A DNA stretch of 64,000 nucleotides from Escherichia phage 4MG: the sequence record NC_022968.1. One strand, 5' to 3'. The notes under the pieces were generated by a model, which did no database searches, was not told the origin of the DNA, and worked only from the letters and a program-made list of their open reading frames with translations. How positions within the stretch are numbered: the stretch's first letter is position 1; each line of letters starts with the position of its first letter. Below, piece after piece: positions 8,523-17,702 of the stretch. Made by a program: the position numbers and the translations under genes.

Positions 8523-8803
8523 AAAAGGATATCAAGAAACCAGTTCGTGAGAAGTTCGATACCGAGGCGTTTGTGTTCACAACCGATATTGGTGTGATCA
8601 AAGAGGCGCTTCAGCGACTACATGACCAGGAGGCAGATCCTGAAGCAGAACCACTGACCAAAGACCAGATCTACTGGATGGGTTGGTGGGAGCTTAACAT
8701 GCCGGAGGTTGATCGTCGTAAGATCGAAAAGGTACTCACCTGCGCTAAAGAGAATGCGGCCTTGGGCCTGTATAAGAAAACCACAAAGAGGAAGAAAAAA
8801 TGA
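8519..8803 (+). CDS. hypothetical protein (94 aa), Lys-rich C-terminus
   Basis: ATGA overlap with upstream stop; frame of track ORF 8438-8803. Confidence 0.45.
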   Translation: MKKDIKKPVREKFDTEAFVFTTDIGVIKEALQRLHDQEADPEAEPLTKDQIYWMGWWELNMPEVDRRKIEKVLTCAKENAALGLYKKTTKRKKK

Positions 8804-9039
8804 GCAGACTTTCAAAGCTTCACAGACGAAAGAACATGCTGAAAGAAAAGCAGAAAAATATCACCGCAACTTTCCAAGTGTGCCGTGAAGCTATGAAGGC
8901 AAATCTGATAACGCCTTCACAGAGGCAGATTATCCGTGATATACTCCGGCCTGTGCTGCACGACCTGGAGGGCGAGGTTCGTGATGTTTTATGCCACATT
9001 CAAGAAGAACTTGAAAAATTAAATCAGGAGAATACATGA
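8800..9039 (+). CDS. hypothetical protein (79 aa)
   Basis: Track ORF; coupled start. Confidence 0.45.
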   Translation: MSRLSKLHRRKNMLKEKQKNITATFQVCREAMKANLITPSQRQIIRDILRPVLHDLEGEVRDVLCHIQEELEKLNQENT

Positions 9040-9629
9040 TCGACCACGTTACATCAGACACGCATTGGTGGCACACCAATATTCTGGGTTTTCCCTCGTG
9101 TGATAAATTCCGGAAAAACCTGTACGGTCCAAAGGAAGTCCGTGAAAGTCTGTATGCCATGAATGCTGGCATGATTGAAATCTGGAATAAGCACGTCAAA
9201 CCAGATGATGTCGTAGCACACCTCGGTGATTTCGTGATTGCTTACGGACGCTACATGGAGCCTCGCGTTCGTGACATCTTGGAAAAGATCAACGGAAAGA
9301 TCATTCTGGTTGGTGGAAACCATGACAACCGAGATACGAAACGTATCTTCCGTGAGTTTGGTCACGAAGTTGTTGATTATAAAGAGATTAACTTCAGCAC
9401 TGGAAAAGAGAAGGTGCATGTGTGTATGTCTCACTATCCGTTTGCATCGTGGAATAAAGCTCACCACGGGTCAGTTATGCTGCACGGTCATAGCCACGGC
9501 TCCTATACAGCCCCTGGTGGACGTATTCTGGATGTGGGTTGGGATGTACATGGTCGTCCTCTGACGATGCGTGAAGCCGTCCTGATGTGCCTTGAAAAAC
9601 CAATTTACACTGCTGATCACGGAGAATAA
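9036..9629 (+). CDS. calcineurin-like metallophosphoesterase (candidate RNA/DNA-end phosphatase)
   Basis: Track ORF 197 aa; motifs HLGDFV, GGNHDNRD, HGHSHG typical of metallophosphatases. Confidence 0.7.
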   Translation: MIDHVTSDTHWWHTNILGFPSCDKFRKNLYGPKEVRESLYAMNAGMIEIWNKHVKPDDVVAHLGDFVIAYGRYMEPRVRDILEKINGKIILVGGNHDNRDTKRIFREFGHEVVDYKEINFSTGKEKVHVCMSHYPFASWNKAHHGSVMLHGHSHGSYTAPGGRILDVGWDVHGRPLTMREAVLMCLEKPIYTADHGE

Positions 9630-9630
9630 T

Positions 9631-9987
9631 ATGCACAACAAAGTACGTAATTTCTTACCTAAGAAAACATCTAAGTCTTTTTATGCTACGATACACATTG
9701 CTGGGGATCTGGAATCAGCAAGACCATTGCTCCGTCAATGGACTATGCGTGGTGCTTGTGTACAACTAGTCGGGTGTGATTACATCTACACTGGCGGCTC
9801 TGAACGGGGTATGACAGTTCGCATCATGCAGTATCCTCGTTTTGAACGACCGGAGCACGAGATCCTTGAAATGGCGGTTGAACTTGCTAACTTTTTAGCT
9901 CAGGAACTCTGCCAGATCAGTTTCAGCATTGAAACTCCTTACAATACAACGTATTACCAAGCAGAAGGTTACGAAAAGCGATCATGA
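9631..9987 (+). CDS. hypothetical protein (118 aa)
   Basis: ATG after GGAG SD; frame of track ORF. Confidence 0.4.
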   Translation: MHNKVRNFLPKKTSKSFYATIHIAGDLESARPLLRQWTMRGACVQLVGCDYIYTGGSERGMTVRIMQYPRFERPEHEILEMAVELANFLAQELCQISFSIETPYNTTYYQAEGYEKRS

Positions 9988-10187
9988 AAATTCACAACAT
10001 AACCAAGGACAGGATTCATTTCATAATGGATTCAGGGGCTTACGGTTCAATTTCAAAGGTGGATGCCATGAAGTTTCTGTATGCTTCAAATATTCCTCAG
10101 GCAAAGCTTGACTCCCGTTCAGGAGAGTGTATTATTGACTCTATTACGAATACACAAGAACTGTGGGAGATATATCATGAAATTTAA
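9984..10187 (+). CDS. hypothetical protein (67 aa)
   Basis: Track ORF; coupled start. Confidence 0.4.
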   Translation: MKIHNITKDRIHFIMDSGAYGSISKVDAMKFLYASNIPQAKLDSRSGECIIDSITNTQELWEIYHEI

Positions 10188-11097
10188 CGTAGATGATCTG
10201 GTTGCTAAAAAGCTGGTAACCAAAAAGACTTACACCGAAGGCCCGTTCGCGGGTCTGTCTGTACTGAAATATAAGAACAATGTGTTCTGGGATAACCTGT
10301 GGCACACAGATGCGCGTCTGCTTGAGTGCCGTGGCATGGTTGTTGATGCAGAGGACAACGTTGTTATCTGGCCTTTCACGAAGATTTTCAATCGCTTCGA
10401 GAACAACACTGATGTCCCACAGGACAAGTTGGTGTGCGTACCTCGTAAAGTCAATGGCTTTATGGCAGCAATGAGTGTTTACAATGGTGAAGTAATTGTG
10501 TCTACCACAGGAACACTTGATTCTGAGTTTGCACAAATGGCAAAAGATAAGATCACTGGTTCCATGCCTGAAGGGATGCTTGACTATTTCGTGAAGAATG
10601 CTGGACCTTGCACACTTATCTTTGAAATATGTGATGAGAGTGATCCCCACATTGTCGCAGAAGAAGCGGGTGCTTATCTGATTGGTTGCCGGGTCCACTT
10701 AAGTGGTGGTATGCTTCCAGAGTGGGACCTTGATAGAGTTGCAAATCGTTATGGTTGGAAACGTGCTGACTGGGACAACATGATCTTCAGCGATGTTGTT
10801 AAGGCTTCCAAGTCAGTTAATCATGAAGGTTTTGTTGTTCGTGATGTTGACACCAATGAGCTACTGCTGAAAATTAAGTCTCCACATTACCTGGCGAAGA
10901 AGTTCCTGATGCGTGGTAGCCAGAACAAGTGGGACCTGATTTGGGACAACCCGAAAGAAGCCAAAAAACGTATCGACGAAGAGTTCTACGAACTTCTTGA
11001 CTGGCTGCGCTGGGCTTACGAAAAAGATGAGTGGGCGGCTAAGGACTCTCAGTATCGTCGTATGATTATTGAAAAATATTTTGAGGATCGCAAATGA
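10177..11097 (+). CDS. RNA ligase-like nucleotidyltransferase (Rnl2-like)
   Basis: 306 aa; covalent nucleotidyltransferase motifs KVNG (motif I), NHEGFVVRD (motif IV), LKIKSPHY (motif V). Confidence 0.55.
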   Translation: MKFNVDDLVAKKLVTKKTYTEGPFAGLSVLKYKNNVFWDNLWHTDARLLECRGMVVDAEDNVVIWPFTKIFNRFENNTDVPQDKLVCVPRKVNGFMAAMSVYNGEVIVSTTGTLDSEFAQMAKDKITGSMPEGMLDYFVKNAGPCTLIFEICDESDPHIVAEEAGAYLIGCRVHLSGGMLPEWDLDRVANRYGWKRADWDNMIFSDVVKASKSVNHEGFVVRDVDTNELLLKIKSPHYLAKKFLMRGSQNKWDLIWDNPKEAKKRIDEEFYELLDWLRWAYEKDEWAAKDSQYRRMIIEKYFEDRK

Positions 11098-11330
11098 CAC
11101 TCATGTCAATCAAGAACAAACTTGACCGGGCTGTTTCCATAATTACCAGACTTATCATTGGGTTATCTGTGTTTATCTTCTTATTTGCACTGATAATCTT
11201 TGTGAATTGGGTTATCGAAACTCTGGGTGGTAAAGTAATATTCGGTGGAATTCTGCTCATCATTGCGGTGATTGGCTGTTATGGTGTTGGATGTTCCATC
11301 TACCCACACAAAGAAAAGGGTGAAAAATGA
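11094..11330 (+). CDS. small membrane protein (78 aa)
   Basis: Track ORF; two hydrophobic helices. Confidence 0.45.
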   Translation: MTLMSIKNKLDRAVSIITRLIIGLSVFIFLFALIIFVNWVIETLGGKVIFGGILLIIAVIGCYGVGCSIYPHKEKGEK

Positions 11331-11671
11331 TCATCTGGCTTGATGACTTGAGAGACCCAAAAGACTACGGGTATCCTGATGCCTTGTGGTTCAAGACCTC
11401 TCAGAAGTTTATGGATTTTCTTGATAATCGGTCAAAGTTCTATCGTTATGTCACAGAGTGGCATTTTGATAATGACCTAGGTGAAGATTCAGAAAAGGAG
11501 GGCTATGACTGCCTACTGGCCTTGGAAGAGAAGCTTGTGTATGGGAAACTTCCTGTGCATGATGCTAAACTCTATGTCCATACGTCTAACCCTTCTGCGG
11601 CACAAAAGTTCATGCTTGCAAAAGAGAGCTTCTTGAAGTATCGTATCACGATCTTAAGAAACAATTACTGA
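11327..11671 (+). CDS. hypothetical protein (114 aa)
   Basis: Track ORF; coupled start. Confidence 0.45.
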   Translation: MIIWLDDLRDPKDYGYPDALWFKTSQKFMDFLDNRSKFYRYVTEWHFDNDLGEDSEKEGYDCLLALEEKLVYGKLPVHDAKLYVHTSNPSAAQKFMLAKESFLKYRITILRNNY

Positions 11672-11680
11672 GGAGAAGAG

Positions 11681-12088
11681 ATGGAAAAGACTCTGATCAT
11701 CCTGCGTGGTGTGTCTGGTGCTGGTAAGTCTACAGTAGCAGATATGCTGGCAGAGGATTTGTGGCCTGTCTATGAAGCAGATAAATTCCACTACACAGAA
11801 GATGGCGTGTACGACTGGAAACCTGAAAACATGCAGGCTGCACACGCATGGTGTCAGTCAGAGGTCAAAGATATGATGGGGTGGAATATCAGCAGGATCA
11901 TCGTATCTAACACCTCTACCAGTGAAAAAGAACTGAAGCCGTATCTTGATCTCGCAGCGGAGAACGGGTATCGTGTCATCAGCTTGGTGGTAGAAAACCG
12001 TCATGGCAATGACTCCATTCACAGCGTTCCGCAGGAAACCCGCGATGCTCAAGAGCGTCGTCTGCGTAACTCATTGAAATTACAGTAA
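11681..12088 (+). CDS. P-loop kinase, polynucleotide 5'-kinase-like
   Basis: 135 aa; Walker A GVSGAGKST at N-terminus; sits between RNA ligase-like and Sir2-like genes. Confidence 0.55.
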   Translation: MEKTLIILRGVSGAGKSTVADMLAEDLWPVYEADKFHYTEDGVYDWKPENMQAAHAWCQSEVKDMMGWNISRIIVSNTSTSEKELKPYLDLAAENGYRVISLVVENRHGNDSIHSVPQETRDAQERRLRNSLKLQ

Positions 12089-12098
12089 GGGGAAACAA

Positions 12099-12875
12099 TT
12101 GAGGCGTTTAATTGTTATTAGTGGTGCAGGCTTCTCTGCTGAAAGCGGTGTTCGTACATTCCGTACTGATACAGACTCCGGAAAGGCTTTGTGGGATGAG
12201 TACGACCTTGAAGAGGTCTGTAATATCCATGCTTTCCGTGGTAATTTCTATCACAAAACGCACATGTTTTATAACAAGCGTCGTGTAGAACTGCAAACTG
12301 TGCATCCGAATGCTGCACATATGCGTGTTGCTGAGTGGTATAAAAACTACCCAAAACAGGTTGTTAATCTGACGACAAACGTAGATGACCTGCTGGAACG
12401 TGCTGGTGTTCCTAAGGAAGATACTCTGTATATCCACGGATATCTGAAAGAACTTCGGTATAAACTTCACGAAGATTCTGAAGAGCAGTTAGTTGACATT
12501 GGTTACAATGAAGTAGATCCTGATGAATTTCACTGGTGCAAACCAAATGTGGTCTTCTTTGGTGAGGCTGCTCCAGCATATAACGACCTATACTCAACCC
12601 TAGATAGCCTGACATCTGAAGACATGGTGATTGTTGTTGGATGCTCAAACACAGTTATCAACTTCAACTGGGAGCTTTTCCCAGCATCAAGGATGGGTAC
12701 TAAGATTGTTGTGGTTAACCCTAATGTTCGCTACGATGAACAGTTGATGTACGAAGACGCTGGTGTTGTTGTATACCGAACTGGTGCTGTAGATGCGTTC
12801 AGCAACCCTGGTCTCATCAAAATGGTTGAGGATCACCTTGAAGGTAAAACCTCATTGCAGAAGAAGGAGAAATAA
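12099..12875 (+). CDS. Sir2-family (sirtuin-like) NAD+-dependent protein
   Basis: 258 aa, TTG start after AAGGGG SD; GAGFSAESGVRTFR NAD-binding signature, YIHGYL, VVGCSNTV, VVVNPN; no Cys4 zinc module. Confidence 0.7.
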   Translation: MRRLIVISGAGFSAESGVRTFRTDTDSGKALWDEYDLEEVCNIHAFRGNFYHKTHMFYNKRRVELQTVHPNAAHMRVAEWYKNYPKQVVNLTTNVDDLLERAGVPKEDTLYIHGYLKELRYKLHEDSEEQLVDIGYNEVDPDEFHWCKPNVVFFGEAAPAYNDLYSTLDSLTSEDMVIVVGCSNTVINFNWELFPASRMGTKIVVVNPNVRYDEQLMYEDAGVVVYRTGAVDAFSNPGLIKMVEDHLEGKTSLQKKEK

Positions 12876-14179
12876 TGTCAATTAGTTTAGACACACCAAC
12901 ACTATACGCCATTAACAAGGACGGATCGTATCAAGTTTGGAATGTAACCACAGAAGGTGATGAGGTTGTCGTTTCTTTCGGTAAGGAAAATGGAAAGATT
13001 CAACAAAAGCGCACCAAGTGTGAAATGAAAAACATTGGTCGTTCCAATGAAACCACCGCTGAGTTCCAGGCCGTCCTGGAGGCCCGGTCTAAGTGGGAGA
13101 AACAGGTCCGTTTAGGTTATCGTGAGACCAAAGAGGAGTTACAGACGGAAGAGAACTTCTCTCCTATGCTGGCACACGATGCGATCAAACGGTCAAAGTC
13201 AATCGTCTATCCTGCGTATATTCAGCCAAAGCTCGATGGTGTTCGTGCTCTTGTGACGCTTGACAAGGACGGCATCCCGGTGTTTAATAGCCGTGGCAAC
13301 AAAACATACCCAGTACAGGGCGCTTTATTGCAGCAAGTTAAAGAACTTGCAGAGCACACAGGGTTTGACAAGTTCGATGGTGAACTGTATATTCATGGTC
13401 TAAGCCTTCAGAAGATTGTTGCTTTGGCTAAGAAGTGGCGCACCCCTGAACAGATTGAAGCTGAGATCGAGAAAGACTATCAGGCTGATATCAAGCGCTG
13501 TAATAAGGCGGTTGCCGATGGTGAGCATCTCTGGAAAGACTTTGATGGTAATGTGTGGGCTGTTTCCACGTATAAACCAGTAAAAGACGTTGACCGCTTC
13601 AGTGGTTATTCCAGTCTTGACCTAGAGTATCACATCTTTGACATTCCTGTGAATGCACAAAGCCCTTGGTACTCTTATGAGCATGATAAGACCAGACATC
13701 AAGATCTGTTGGTGGTTGCCGATGCTGTTGAATGTGAACTTAACGTACCTATGGTGAAAGTTATCCACGGGATCGTGGTATCTTCTGAAAGGGAAGTTAA
13801 ATGGTCCATCGGTAAATACATGGAGCAGGGATTTGAAGGTTCAATCATCCGAAACTTCAAAGGTGTCTACGAATTTGGTCAACGATCCTCTGATCTCCAA
13901 AAATGGAAACAGTTCCAGGATGGTGAGGCAAAAGTTCTTGATTCTGTAGAGGATAAGAACGGTGAGGGTGTCCTGCTCTGTGAAGAAAGAGATGGTACTC
14001 GATTCAACTGCAAAATGAAAGGCACTCACGCAGAGCGTTCTCAGGCGAAGATGCTATTGTTGGTTGGCGATTTCATCAACTTTACATTCCAGTCGCGTAC
14101 TGATGATGGTGTACCTCAGTTCCCGGTGGGGCAGAGTGTACGTGAACTTGATACATTAACATGGGAGCCAGTATACTAA
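12875..14179 (+). CDS. ATP-dependent DNA ligase
   Basis: 434 aa; motif I KLDGVR, motif IV-like FEGSIIR; size typical of phage ATP ligases. Confidence 0.8.
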   Translation: MSISLDTPTLYAINKDGSYQVWNVTTEGDEVVVSFGKENGKIQQKRTKCEMKNIGRSNETTAEFQAVLEARSKWEKQVRLGYRETKEELQTEENFSPMLAHDAIKRSKSIVYPAYIQPKLDGVRALVTLDKDGIPVFNSRGNKTYPVQGALLQQVKELAEHTGFDKFDGELYIHGLSLQKIVALAKKWRTPEQIEAEIEKDYQADIKRCNKAVADGEHLWKDFDGNVWAVSTYKPVKDVDRFSGYSSLDLEYHIFDIPVNAQSPWYSYEHDKTRHQDLLVVADAVECELNVPMVKVIHGIVVSSEREVKWSIGKYMEQGFEGSIIRNFKGVYEFGQRSSDLQKWKQFQDGEAKVLDSVEDKNGEGVLLCEERDGTRFNCKMKGTHAERSQAKMLLLVGDFINFTFQSRTDDGVPQFPVGQSVRELDTLTWEPVY

Positions 14180-14625
14180 TGGGATTCTATAAACGTAAAC
14201 CTCAGGAAGTTGAAGCACACGTATTCAACGGATCGAGCACAGGGGTTGGTCAGGTGACCAAGTGGATCGAGACCGGGGTCTGGAAAGACGCTGAGATCCA
14301 CACACGGGATATCCGAAATATGGACGTGAATGGCGTTCAGGCGTTTCCTGGTGATTACATAGTAAAAGTGGGTGACCAGTTCACAGCAATGTCCCCACAA
14401 GCGTTCAGCGACCTTTATGAGGCTGTTAGCGATGAAGATCGTCTTCCAGGGGACTACAAAGCAAAGAACGTAGTGATGGGTGACAAAGTTGAGATGTGGG
14501 GTAAAGACTACATCGTAAAAGGTCACAAAATCAGTGGTGACGATATTATCCTCACCCTTGATGACGGATCTAACATTCAGCTTCGCGGCGAAGCAACCGT
14601 GAAGGTAACAGAGGTACGTGCATAA
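14179..14625 (+). CDS. hypothetical protein (148 aa)
   Basis: ATG after GGGAG SD in frame of track ORF. Confidence 0.45.
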   Translation: MGFYKRKPQEVEAHVFNGSSTGVGQVTKWIETGVWKDAEIHTRDIRNMDVNGVQAFPGDYIVKVGDQFTAMSPQAFSDLYEAVSDEDRLPGDYKAKNVVMGDKVEMWGKDYIVKGHKISGDDIILTLDDGSNIQLRGEATVKVTEVRA

Positions 14626-14996
14626 TGATCTGGTACTGGCTGGCGCTCTTAGGCGCAACACTGGTCACAGGGGGCGGTATTTATACCGCTTTCCGTTTCC
14701 GGAAAGACAAGCTCGATGACTTTATCGACTGGATTCAGGGTAAAGTAAAACGACTGCTGTTGATTTGGGCTGTGGTGTTGGGCCTGGTAACGCTGGCCCT
14801 TACCAAACCGTTGTGGAACACCATGACCTGTCAGTTCGACGGCATGGCCTACAAGGTGAATACGTCTTATTCTTGGTATAAGAATGGGACATATGGCGAC
14901 AAATGCCTGTTCGTTGCTAAGAACGGTGCTCTTTTGCCATTACGAATTATCCGTGACCAACCGGAAGGTGATCACGCAACAGATGTAATTAATTAA
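14625..14996 (+). CDS. membrane protein (123 aa)
   Basis: Track ORF; two predicted TM helices. Confidence 0.45.
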   Translation: MIWYWLALLGATLVTGGGIYTAFRFRKDKLDDFIDWIQGKVKRLLLIWAVVLGLVTLALTKPLWNTMTCQFDGMAYKVNTSYSWYKNGTYGDKCLFVAKNGALLPLRIIRDQPEGDHATDVIN

Positions 14997-15005
14997 GGAG
15001 AATCA

Positions 15006-15695
15006 ATGAGTAAGGTTTACGAAACACTTTTAGCGATGACAAAACCAACAGATCTGTACGCATATGCGGAGCATGTTATCGAATGGAACCATGTTGCATA
15101 TCGTGCTCGCAATAATGTGGCAACACCATTCGATCTGCAATGGGGCTTTATTCGTGAAGAATTCAACGAACTCGTTGACGCACTCCGTGTTGGTGACCGT
15201 ATCGAAACTGTTGACGCTGCCTGTGATCTCTTTGTTGTAGCTTCATACGCTTGCCAGTTGAAGAGTCCTGAGTATCTTCGTGAAGCCTGTATTCCTTCAC
15301 CGACACTGACGTTCACTATTGGCGATCTTGAGCACAACCTGTATGGCAATATGCGAGACCCGGTTTATGTTCTTAAGCTGGTAACTGCATTATGTTATCG
15401 CCTTGATATTAATCTTGACTACAATATGCGACAGGTGTTACATTCAAACGATACCAAATACCCATATGTGCAAGATATCCTTGCCTTGTGGCCTGGTAAG
15501 GCGAAAGCCGAAGCTTTACGTCAAGAATGTAAGGCAATCGAAGATCGTTCCAATGGTCGTTATGAGGGTGTTGGTTTCCGCGAGGTAATTGATATCCGCA
15601 ACCCGGATGTTAAAGGTTCACGCCTTGTCTTCTTCGATAGAAACGGAAAAATCATGAAGCCAAGCACTTTCGAAAGTCCGAAAATTATTGCTTGA
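15006..15695 (+). CDS. mazG: MazG-like nucleoside triphosphate pyrophosphohydrolase
   Basis: 229 aa; EExxE-type motif REEFNELVDA followed by ETVDAACD. Confidence 0.55.
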   Translation: MSKVYETLLAMTKPTDLYAYAEHVIEWNHVAYRARNNVATPFDLQWGFIREEFNELVDALRVGDRIETVDAACDLFVVASYACQLKSPEYLREACIPSPTLTFTIGDLEHNLYGNMRDPVYVLKLVTALCYRLDINLDYNMRQVLHSNDTKYPYVQDILALWPGKAKAEALRQECKAIEDRSNGRYEGVGFREVIDIRNPDVKGSRLVFFDRNGKIMKPSTFESPKIIA

Positions 15696-15719
15696 CAATG
15701 GATAAGGGGTCTGTATAAT
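15692..15719 (+). promoter_or_regulatory. strong sigma70-like promoter TTGACA-N16-TATAAT
   Basis: Consensus hexamers read directly, 30 nt upstream of 15750 ORF; coordinates +/-2. Confidence 0.55.
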
Positions 15720-15749
15720 GGCCCCTATCAAGACAGAGAGGAGAAAGCA

Positions 15750-15971
15750 GTGGAAGAAATTATTGATTACCCAGAGATTATTGCGTTAGCTAATCGCCTC
15801 GGCATTACTATCGTCAGTCGTGGTCCAAATACACGTTATCTGATCCGCTTCACCATGAAACGTCGCTGGGGTGGCGCTAAGAAGTACGCTTACGAATGTA
15901 CGCTTGGCACACTGACAGCGTATGTTGACCAGATTGAGCGCTCTGGTGGAAAGATTGTCGGCATTGATTAA
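15750..15971 (+). CDS. hypothetical protein (73 aa)
   Basis: Track ORF. Confidence 0.45.
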   Translation: MEEIIDYPEIIALANRLGITIVSRGPNTRYLIRFTMKRRWGGAKKYAYECTLGTLTAYVDQIERSGGKIVGID

Positions 15972-15977
15972 AAGTGT

Positions 15978-16005
15978 TTGACAAAAAGAATTAAAAAGCT
16001 ATACT
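15978..16005 (+). promoter_or_regulatory. sigma70-like promoter TTGACA-N16-TATACT
   Basis: Hexamers read directly upstream of 16039 ORF; coordinates +/-2. Confidence 0.5.
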
Positions 16006-16038
16006 GAACAGACTAAATAAACAGAGGAGAAACAAAAC

Positions 16039-16401
16039 ATGGCACGTACCGCAAAAATCAAAGTAGCACTGATCACCTCCCTGCCTTCTGACCCGGCATC
16101 CCGCGAGCGTCTGAAGTCAACCGTTAACGAAATCGTTGATCTACAGCGTCAAATCGCTGACCTGAAAGACCAGATCAAGGACATTCGTGCTGTGGAAAAA
16201 GAAAACCACAACATCTCTCCTAAGTTCCTGAATTCTCTGGTAAAACGTGAGTACGATGTGCGTTATGAAGCAGAGAAGAAGACTGCTGCACTCGATGCAG
16301 AGCAAGAGATCTTCACCGAAGCGGATATCCTGTTCGGTCGCGGCAAGCCTGCAAATGTCGCACAAACCGAAGAAGATGACGGTGCTGAGGACGCTGAATA
16401 A
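16039..16401 (+). CDS. hypothetical protein with acidic C-terminal tail (120 aa)
   Basis: Track ORF, GAGGAGA SD; coiled-coil-like, tail EEDDGAEDAE. Confidence 0.5.
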   Translation: MARTAKIKVALITSLPSDPASRERLKSTVNEIVDLQRQIADLKDQIKDIRAVEKENHNISPKFLNSLVKREYDVRYEAEKKTAALDAEQEIFTEADILFGRGKPANVAQTEEDDGAEDAE

Positions 16402-16592
16402 TGAAACACTACCTTAACGCTGTTGGTATCTTCCTGTTTATCTGCATCACCTTTGGCGTCGGTGTTCCGACGCTGGTGTCAGCGAAAGATACCCTGATGC
16501 TGTGTGCTGGTTTTGCATGGATCATCGCAACACCTGCAATCGTGTGGTATTGGGCGAGAAAAGCGTTCTTCCCTAAAAAATCGGAGGCGTAA
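16401..16592 (+). CDS. small membrane protein (63 aa)
   Basis: Track ORF; two hydrophobic segments. Confidence 0.45.
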   Translation: MKHYLNAVGIFLFICITFGVGVPTLVSAKDTLMLCAGFAWIIATPAIVWYWARKAFFPKKSEA

Positions 16593-16756
16593 TGTTACTA
16601 AACCTGAAAGCGTCTACCTGGGAAAAGTTGCAGCACTTAGCGCGAGTTAAGAATAAGTCTGCTGCTGCCCTTGTAGCAAAAATTGTTGACGAACATGTTG
16701 ACGAGAAAGTAAAAACTACCTATAAAATTGAAGAGGAGAACCAAACCAATGCTTAA
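16592..16756 (+). CDS. ribbon-helix-helix-like small DNA-binding protein (54 aa)
   Basis: Not in track; TAATG coupling; N-terminal pattern LNLKASTWEKLQHLARVKNKSAAALVAKIV resembles Arc/CopG RHH fold. Confidence 0.4.
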   Translation: MLLNLKASTWEKLQHLARVKNKSAAALVAKIVDEHVDEKVKTTYKIEEENQTNA

Positions 16757-17639
16757 GAATATCAAACGTGTGATTTTTGCTGGCCTGATCGCTCTGGGTG
16801 CCGTTGGCCTGACTGGTTGTGAACGTGCAACTGTCCCGGCAGGTTATGTGGGTGTGAAGGTTGACCTGTATGGCGACGAAAAGGGTGTTCAGCAGCAGGA
16901 AGTGGGTGTTGGTAAATACTGGCTGACCTGGAACGAAGAAATCTATCAGTTCCCTACATTCAACCAGTTAAACAACTACGACCAACCGTTTAACTTCCAG
17001 ACCAAGGATTCTATGACGGTCTCTGCGAAGGTTGGTGTTGAGTATTACGTTGACCGCTCCAAGGTCACCAAGATCTTCCAGACCTACCGTAAAGGTGTTC
17101 AGGAAATCACTGATGTCAACATTCGTCAGAACATCTCTGATGCACTGATCAAAGAAGCGGGTACGATGGATATCGGTACGCTGGCTGGCGATGGTAAATC
17201 TCAGCTTCTGGATCGTGTGACGAAGACCCTGAAAGCGAAGCTTGACCCGATTGGTATCGTGATCGTGAAACTGTCTTACACTGATGATCTGCGTTATCCA
17301 CCACAGGTAACCGCATCCATCAACGCGAAGATCGAAGCGACTCAGAAAGCGCTGCTGCGTGAAAACGAAATCCAGCAGACCAAAGCTGAAGCTCAGAAAC
17401 AGATCGAAGCCGCTCGCGGTGAAGCTGAATCTAAGCGACTGCAAGCTCAGGGTGAGGCAGATGCTAAAGTAGCACTGGCAAAAGGTGAAGCAGAATCCAT
17501 CCAACTGCGTGGTGATTCTCTCCGCAAAAACCCAGAAATTATGCAACTGGAAGCGATCAACAAGTGGAACGGTGTGACCCCGGTCTATATGACCAGCGGT
17601 TCTCAGACCCCATTCGTTACCCTGCCAGCAGGTAAATAA
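16749..17639 (+). CDS. SPFH (band-7/prohibitin-like) domain lipoprotein
   Basis: 296 aa; lipobox LTGC after hydrophobic signal; SPFH-like core followed by long Ala/Glu/Gln coiled coil. Confidence 0.7.
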   Translation: MLKNIKRVIFAGLIALGAVGLTGCERATVPAGYVGVKVDLYGDEKGVQQQEVGVGKYWLTWNEEIYQFPTFNQLNNYDQPFNFQTKDSMTVSAKVGVEYYVDRSKVTKIFQTYRKGVQEITDVNIRQNISDALIKEAGTMDIGTLAGDGKSQLLDRVTKTLKAKLDPIGIVIVKLSYTDDLRYPPQVTASINAKIEATQKALLRENEIQQTKAEAQKQIEAARGEAESKRLQAQGEADAKVALAKGEAESIQLRGDSLRKNPEIMQLEAINKWNGVTPVYMTSGSQTPFVTLPAGK

Positions 17640-17702
17640 GAGTTGACAAAAGGCCCGGTGATAGATTATCATCGGGTCTCAACTTAACAAAGGAGATACA
17701 AA

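Noticed and set aside
10144-10698. Minus-strand ORF (184 aa) inside the RNA ligase-like gene
   Set aside because: Lies antisense within a motif-supported + gene in a strictly + block; no SD
12099-12875. Sir2-like ORF as NAD-dependent DNA ligase fragment
   Set aside because: Lacks the KxDG adenylation motif; the adjacent 12875-14179 ORF carries the ligase motifs
16968-17672. Minus-strand ORF (234 aa) inside the SPFH lipoprotein gene
   Set aside because: Antisense to a motif-supported gene; no SD; composition typical of reverse-frame read-through
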